Assembly: GCA_047602265.1 (NCBI GenBank)
Contig: JASGHU010000001.1
Coordinates: 3,465,702-3,529,701 of the forward strand
Source: Spongiibacteraceae bacterium
GTDB lineage: Bacteria; Pseudomonadota; Gammaproteobacteria; Pseudomonadales; CAMLJR01
Length of the DNA: 64,000 nt
Reading direction: 5' to 3'
Positions 58,795 through 64,000 of this stretch are shown here, piece by piece. Below the pieces are notes generated by a model, which worked only from the letters and a program-made list of their open reading frames with translations, was not told where the DNA came from and searched no databases. How positions within the stretch are numbered: position 1 is the stretch's first letter; every line of letters starts with the position of its first letter. The position numbers and the translations under genes are program-made.

Positions 58795-59246
58795 TTGTCT
58801 TGCTCCCCAAGAGTCAAAGAAAGTTGATTGGCATCCCGACAAGGCAATTACGATTGTATTTGTTGTTGTATACATCGTTGCACTCGTTAAAAGCACTTTG
58901 CATGCCATTGCATTTTCGTGCCATAGCTCAGCCTTCGCACGACCCGATGCCGCACGCCATTTACTGAATATCCGCAGAGTTATCCCGACACCGACAGGTC
59001 GACTTTGACAATGTCATCTCGATGCAAACGCCGTGTAATTACCCATTCGCACCGATTTCGCGCTCAAATGAGCCGCATGCTCCCGTTACGAGCACAATTA
59101 ATTTATTCAATGAACGCTGTGCTCTGATCTATCCGGCTCGACGCGCAGGCATAGCATTTGCTTTCGAGAAACAGCGATGAAAAAAACATTGCTCTTATGA
59201 ATCGAATCCCGCAGCTAAGCGGGCCGGAATCACCTAGGGCTTTCGC

Positions 59247-60833
59247 ATGCATAACACGCCGTACTCCGAACACTCGCAAATCAACGATGCGCTCATTCTC
59301 GAAGCAACACGAATACTGACCAAGTCAACTCCGACCGAGCAGAAAATTGTCAGCGTTTTGCGCTTGCTTGCGGAGTGGGCACAGCTCTATTACGGCCGCG
59401 TGCTGTTGCCGAATTACACCGCCAATGAGTTGCAACCCGCATATTCTTATGGATTGAATCGCGAGCGATTGGCGCGCGGCGATTACAGCGTCGCATTCGA
59501 TCAGGGATTGACGGGCGCGGTCTGGCGAACCGGACAATTGGCGCTGGTAACGAATGTGATGGACGAGCCGATTTTTCTGACTCGCATCGCGGAGCCCATC
59601 GACGGCAAAAAAACAGGCGTCGGTTTCATTTCGGTGCCGATCATTGCCGATGGCAAAGCGATCGGTGTGCTCTCAGTTCAGCGTCGCACAGACTCACCGC
59701 GCCTCCACTCGCACGATATCGATGTGCTGCGCGTTATCTCATCGATGCTCGGATTTGCCTTGCTGGTGATGTGTCAGCCCGTGCAATACCACGTCAGTAT
59801 CGAAACCATGAACAGCGAAAGCGATCGATTGCGCGCGCTGTGTAACAGCAATGGCATTATCGGCAATAGTCCGGCTCTGCTCGCCGCGGTGAAGCAAATC
59901 GATAATGCACGCAAAAGCGACGCGCCCATTTTGCTGCTTGGCGAATCGGGAACGGGCAAGGAAATGTTTGCCGCGATGGCGCATCAACTGAGTCAGCGAC
60001 GCCACGGCCCTTATGTTCCGTTAAATTGTGCGGCGATCCCTGACCAACTGCTCGAGTCGGAATTATTCGGTCACGAGAAAGGCAGTTTCACCGGCGCGCA
60101 CAAAAACAAGAAAGGGAAATTACAGCAGGCAGCGAGCGGCACACTCTTCCTCGATGAAATCGGCGACATGCCGCTCGATCTGCAAGTAAAATTGCTGCGC
60201 GTGCTGCAAGATCGCAAAGTGCAACCGGTTGGCGGCGATTATCCGGTCGATGTCGATTTCCGAATTATTACGGCAACCCATGTCAATCTAAAACAGGCGG
60301 TCGAATCGGGACGCTTCCGTCTGGATTTATTTTTCCGCCTCAACGTGATTCCAATTTCGTTGCCGCCATTGCGTGAACGGCGCAGCGATATTCCATTACT
60401 GGCGCAATATTTTCTCGATCGCTACCAGGGCATGTATCGGCGACAGGTGAGTTTTACCGGCGGCGTCACTGAACGTCTGCAAGCCTACTCGTGGCCCGGC
60501 AATATCCGACAACTGCAGAACGTCCTCGAACGCGCCGTTCTTCAAACTGATGGCTCCCTTTTAGGAGTCGAGCACATAGACGCACTGCTCGCTCAAGAAT
60601 GTGAAATGCATCCACAGACATCGGGATACGGAGTCACCAACGTAAGCAACCTTCACGCGGTGTCAGATGCCAAAACCGATGTGCGCTACCGCCCTTACAC
60701 GCGCGTCGACTCGCATGGCCGGGAACAACTCATGGCCACGCTGCAACGCACAGGCGGCAATCAAACCCGCGCAGCCGAATTGCTCGGCATGACATTACGA
60801 CAACTACGCTATCGCCTGGCGAAACTCGCTTGA
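59247..60833 (+). CDS. Sigma-54-dependent transcriptional activator with N-terminal GAF domain (FhlA/NifA-like architecture)
   Basis: 528 aa. AAA+ core with GESGTGKE, ESELFGHEKGSFTGA and an RFRLDLFFRLNV block, plus a C-terminal Fis-type HTH (NQTRAAELLGMTLRQLRYRLAKL). Confidence 0.9.
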   Translation: MHNTPYSEHSQINDALILEATRILTKSTPTEQKIVSVLRLLAEWAQLYYGRVLLPNYTANELQPAYSYGLNRERLARGDYSVAFDQGLTGAVWRTGQLALVTNVMDEPIFLTRIAEPIDGKKTGVGFISVPIIADGKAIGVLSVQRRTDSPRLHSHDIDVLRVISSMLGFALLVMCQPVQYHVSIETMNSESDRLRALCNSNGIIGNSPALLAAVKQIDNARKSDAPILLLGESGTGKEMFAAMAHQLSQRRHGPYVPLNCAAIPDQLLESELFGHEKGSFTGAHKNKKGKLQQAASGTLFLDEIGDMPLDLQVKLLRVLQDRKVQPVGGDYPVDVDFRIITATHVNLKQAVESGRFRLDLFFRLNVIPISLPPLRERRSDIPLLAQYFLDRYQGMYRRQVSFTGGVTERLQAYSWPGNIRQLQNVLERAVLQTDGSLLGVEHIDALLAQECEMHPQTSGYGVTNVSNLHAVSDAKTDVRYRPYTRVDSHGREQLMATLQRTGGNQTRAAELLGMTLRQLRYRLAKLA

Positions 60834-60912
60834 TTTTTTTTGCTGCGATTTGCAGCGAACGACTGCCAAAATTAGATCCGGCACGCTATGTTAAGCGAGT
60901 CGCCACTACAAC

Positions 60913-61776
60913 ATGGCAGTCACGATGAAAGCGGGTTCGATTTACGCAACAAACGTCAATACGCTTAACGATTTACGCAAGAGCCACCTGCAGGAAGTCA
61001 TGGTCTCAATCTGCATCGACGGCATCAGCTACGCCGTCATGCTGGCCAGCCCCTATGAGCTTGAGGATTTTGCGCGCGGCTTTGCCATCGGCGAGTCATT
61101 GATTCAGCACGACGCTGAGTTGCGCGACATTCATATCCAAGAACACGCAGACGGTATCACCCTCGATTTACACCTCTCCGCACGCGCCTCGAATACCGCC
61201 AAGCAACGGCGGCGTGCACTGCTGGGCACTAGCGGCTGTGGATTATGCGGCGCCGACGCAATCGCTCAGGCCCATACGCAGCGCCCCCCGCGACTGCCTG
61301 CAACCCGAATTCCTCGCATCGAACAGATCATGCAGGCGCGCGAGCGATTGGCACCGTTGCAGGTTCGCAATCGCGAAGCGGGCGGCGGCATGCACGCTGC
61401 CGCGCTATTCACCATCGGCAACGCCACTAACACCACTAACACCACTGCGCAGATCGTGCGCGAGGATATCGGTCGTCACAATGCGTTGGATAAACTGATC
61501 GGAGCGATGGCGCGTTCACCGAGCAATTCGATCGCCAATGCCGATGGTGATTCGCGAACACTTTCGCGACAGGACAGCTTCGTTATGTTGACGAGCCGTT
61601 GCAGTTACGAGCTGGTGGTCAAATGCGCACGCGCCAATATCGGTTGCCTCATCACGTTTGCAATGCCAACCAACCTGGCCATCGAGTGCGCACGCGAATG
61701 CAACGTGACGCTCGCGTGCTTTCAGGGGCCACAACTATTTTTTTACCACAAAGCCATGGATGACACCTCGGCGTGA
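60913..61776 (+). CDS. fdhD: Formate dehydrogenase accessory sulfurtransferase FdhD
   Basis: 287 aa. Carries the GTSGCGLCG motif and HAAALF...EDIGRHNALDKLIG, characteristic of FdhD. Confidence 0.85.
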   Translation: MAVTMKAGSIYATNVNTLNDLRKSHLQEVMVSICIDGISYAVMLASPYELEDFARGFAIGESLIQHDAELRDIHIQEHADGITLDLHLSARASNTAKQRRRALLGTSGCGLCGADAIAQAHTQRPPRLPATRIPRIEQIMQARERLAPLQVRNREAGGGMHAAALFTIGNATNTTNTTAQIVREDIGRHNALDKLIGAMARSPSNSIANADGDSRTLSRQDSFVMLTSRCSYELVVKCARANIGCLITFAMPTNLAIECARECNVTLACFQGPQLFFYHKAMDDTSA

Positions 61777-61792
61777 TCGAGACAAAGACGAC

Positions 61793-64000
61793 GTGAGCGA
61801 AAAAGACGAAACGCGCATCGAACCCTTCGATGGGCCTGCCGGCGGATGGTCGGCATTAAAAAGTTCTGCCAAGCACCTGCTTGCCAGTCACAACGTTATC
61901 AACGGTACGCGCGCGTTGCTGAAAGCCAATCAACCGGAGGGATTCGACTGTCCCGGTTGCGCTTGGGGCGAAGCTCCCAATTCTGGCGCTGTGGATTTTT
62001 GTGAAAATGGCGTTAAGGCAGTTGCCTGGGAAGCGACATCAGCGCGGGCCGACGCCGAATTTTTTGCACGCCATTCCCTAACAGATCTATCGAGTCGCGA
62101 TCATCACTGGCTGGAATCACAAGGCCGTCTGACCGAACCGATGTTTCGCGCCAAAAATAGCGATCACTACATTCCTATCAGCTGGGACGCTGCGTTTGCG
62201 CTTATTGTGCAAGAACTCCATGCGTTGAGCGACCCCAATCAACTGCTGCTCTACACCTCCGGTCGCACCAGCAACGAAGCTGCATTTCTGTATCAATTAT
62301 TCGGGCGCGTGTTCGGCACTAACAATTTTCCCGACTGCTCAAACATGTGCCACGAAGCCAGCGGAATCGCGCTGGAGGAATGTATCGGCGTTGGTAAAGG
62401 CACCGTCACTTTCGATGATTTCGATCACGCCGATGCGATTTTCGTCATCGGCCAAAACCCCGGCACCAATCACCCGCGCATGCTCGCCACACTATCGGCC
62501 GCAGCTAAGCGCGGCGCTACTGTGGTTGCTATCAATACGTTGCGCGAGCGCGGTCTGCAAAAATTCGCACACCCGCAAAATCCAAAAGAAATGTTACTGG
62601 CCACCAGCTCGCCAATCAGCCGCTTCTACATCACGCCGCAATTGGGCGGCGATATGGCACTGCTTCGCGGTGTCGCTAAATTTATTTTGCAATGGGATGA
62701 CGAGGCTCGCGCTCGTGGCGAACCATCGCTCCTCGATCACGAATTCATCAGCACACACACGATAGGTTTCGAGGGCTATCGCGCTGCGGTCGCAGCGACG
62801 TCATGGCAAAAAATTGTCGAGCAATCGGCAGTGCCGCTAACCGAAATCGAAAAACTCGCGCAGGTGTACGCGCAATCGCGAAACACCATCATCACGTGGG
62901 CGATGGGAATTACGCAGCACAAGCATTCCGTCGACACCGTGGCCGAAATCTGTCATCTGCTTTTTCTGCGCGGCAATTTCGGCAGACGTGGCAGCGGCGC
63001 CTGCCCCGTGCGCGGCCACAGCAATGTGCAGGGCGATCGCACCATGGGTATCACCGAAGCGCCCTCGCGCGATTTTCTCGAACGTCTCGGCGCTGAATTT
63101 AATTTCGCGCCGCCATCAGCGCACGGCTACAACACCGTCCAAGCAATTACCGCGATGGCCGATGGCGAGGCCCGCGTATTTATCGGCATGGGCGGAAATT
63201 TTGCCGCAGCGACACCGGATACCGAAGCCACCGAACGCGCACTTAAAAAATGTGCGCTCACCGTGCAGATCAGTACCAAGCTCAATCGCAGCCATACCGT
63301 CACTGGCGAGCAGGCTTTGATATTGCCGTGTCTTGGCCGCACCGAGCGCGATCAGCAAGCGTGCGGCAATCAATTCATCACCGTCGAAGATTCGATGAGC
63401 ATGGTGCATGGATCGACCGGCACCAACGAACCGGCATCGCCGCATTTATTATCGGAGCCCGCCATCGTCTGCGGTATCGCGAACGCCGTGCTGGGTAACG
63501 CAATTATCGACTGGAAAAATTACGCGGCAGATTACGATCGCATTCGCGAAAAAATCGCGGCGGTCATTCCCGGCTTCGAGCAATTCAACACCCGCGTGCG
63601 CACGCCGCACGGATTTTATCTCGGCAACGCTGCGGCGAAACGCGAATGGCTAACCCCCTCAGGACGTGCGCAATTTCGCGCAACTCAATTGCCCGTCGCG
63701 TTGCCACGCGAAATTGCGCTGGCCAAATTACTGACTCACCAGTTACAGGCAGACAAGCTACAGGCGCACGATTTACAGGCACACGATTTAAAGGCACAAC
63801 CGGCGACGCAAATTTCAACGAATGCTCCGGCGAAGGTATTTACGCTGCAAACACTGCGCTCGCACGACCAATACAACACCACGGTTTATGGTCTTGATGA
63901 TCGCTATCGCGGTGTTTATGGAGGGCGCAAGGTATTGATGATGTGCAGCGCCGATATCGCCGAGCTGAATTTAAACGATGGCGATCTCATCGACATTTTC
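61793..64000 (+). CDS. FdhF/YdeP-family molybdopterin oxidoreductase (3' end outside the window)
   Basis: This frame is open from the GTG at 61793 to the window edge (736 codons), which is why it is absent from the ORF track. My own translation gives GFDCPGCAWGE, SGRTSNEAAFLYQLF, NNFPDCSNMCHEASG and PVRGHSNVQGDRTMG. Confidence 0.85.
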   Translation, partial: MSEKDETRIEPFDGPAGGWSALKSSAKHLLASHNVINGTRALLKANQPEGFDCPGCAWGEAPNSGAVDFCENGVKAVAWEATSARADAEFFARHSLTDLSSRDHHWLESQGRLTEPMFRAKNSDHYIPISWDAAFALIVQELHALSDPNQLLLYTSGRTSNEAAFLYQLFGRVFGTNNFPDCSNMCHEASGIALEECIGVGKGTVTFDDFDHADAIFVIGQNPGTNHPRMLATLSAAAKRGATVVAINTLRERGLQKFAHPQNPKEMLLATSSPISRFYITPQLGGDMALLRGVAKFILQWDDEARARGEPSLLDHEFISTHTIGFEGYRAAVAATSWQKIVEQSAVPLTEIEKLAQVYAQSRNTIITWAMGITQHKHSVDTVAEICHLLFLRGNFGRRGSGACPVRGHSNVQGDRTMGITEAPSRDFLERLGAEFNFAPPSAHGYNTVQAITAMADGEARVFIGMGGNFAAATPDTEATERALKKCALTVQISTKLNRSHTVTGEQALILPCLGRTERDQQACGNQFITVEDSMSMVHGSTGTNEPASPHLLSEPAIVCGIANAVLGNAIIDWKNYAADYDRIREKIAAVIPGFEQFNTRVRTPHGFYLGNAAAKREWLTPSGRAQFRATQLPVALPREIALAKLLTHQLQADKLQAHDLQAHDLKAQPATQISTNAPAKVFTLQTLRSHDQYNTTVYGLDDRYRGVYGGRKVLMMCSADIAELNLNDGDLIDIF
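63743..63802 (+). repeat. In-frame 4 x 15-nt tandem repeat inside the oxidoreductase gene
   Basis: TTACAGGCAGACAAG / CTACAGGCGCACGAT / TTACAGGCACACGAT / TTAAAGGCACAACCG, encoding LQADK-LQAHD-LQAHD-LKAQP. Confidence 0.85.

Noticed and set aside
58908-58923. Sigma-54-like promoter TGGCACGAAAATGCAA on the minus strand, upstream of the porin and divergent from the sigma-54 activator
   Set aside because: The -24 block is perfect, but the GG-to-GC spacing is 9 nt instead of the required 10, so I do not call it. It is worth re-checking with 5'-end data.
1-64000. The whole nitrogen cluster as a mobile genomic island or prophage
   Set aside because: I saw no integrase, transposase, tRNA attachment site, flanking direct repeats or phage genes. 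The only repeats are short palindromic intergenic elements.
61793-64000. Selenocysteine-containing formate dehydrogenase
   Set aside because: The frame is uninterrupted with no in-frame TGA, and the active-site position is Cys (CSNMCHEASG). No SECIS-like requirement arises.

Overview
This is a 64-kb chromosomal segment from a Gram-negative, probably gammaproteobacterial genome. That placement rests on a TonB-dependent receptor, porins, sigma-54 elements and chemoreceptors; I ran no taxonomic search. I call about 56 protein-coding genes. I found no rRNA, tRNA, CRISPR array, transposase, integrase or phage genes. The main theme is scavenging of nitrogen-rich one-carbon compounds. (1) A guanidine-I (ykkC) riboswitch precedes a DUF1989-DUF1989-biotin carboxylase-allophanate hydrolase-cyanase operon (16.7-24.4 kb). 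(2) A divergent, apparently sigma-54-driven NitT/TauT-type ABC transporter operon continues into a creatininase-family amidohydrolase and a glutamine-synthetase-like ligase (11.2-16.5 kb). (3) A GntR-controlled module has two paralogous isochorismatase-like cysteine hydrolases flanking an AzgA/NCS2-like permease (28.7-33.2 kb). (4) A colinear 13-gene urtABCDE-ureDABCEFG-hupE/ureJ block (34.6-46.4 kb) carries three copies of a composite palindromic repeat in its intergenic gaps. (5) Divergent from urtA is a hybrid histidine kinase whose N-terminus looks like an NCS1 permease, paired with a REC-LuxR regulator. (6) nikR, a sensor-less MCP translationally coupled to a NIT-like protein, a second MCP and a PAS-GGDEF-EAL protein provide signalling. 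The right end carries an IorAB-type molybdoenzyme, AraC and MerR regulators, a porin, a GAF/sigma-54 activator, fdhD and a YdeP/FdhF-family molybdopterin oxidoreductase that runs off the window. All functional calls come from motifs and family resemblance read by eye. No database search or covariance model was run.
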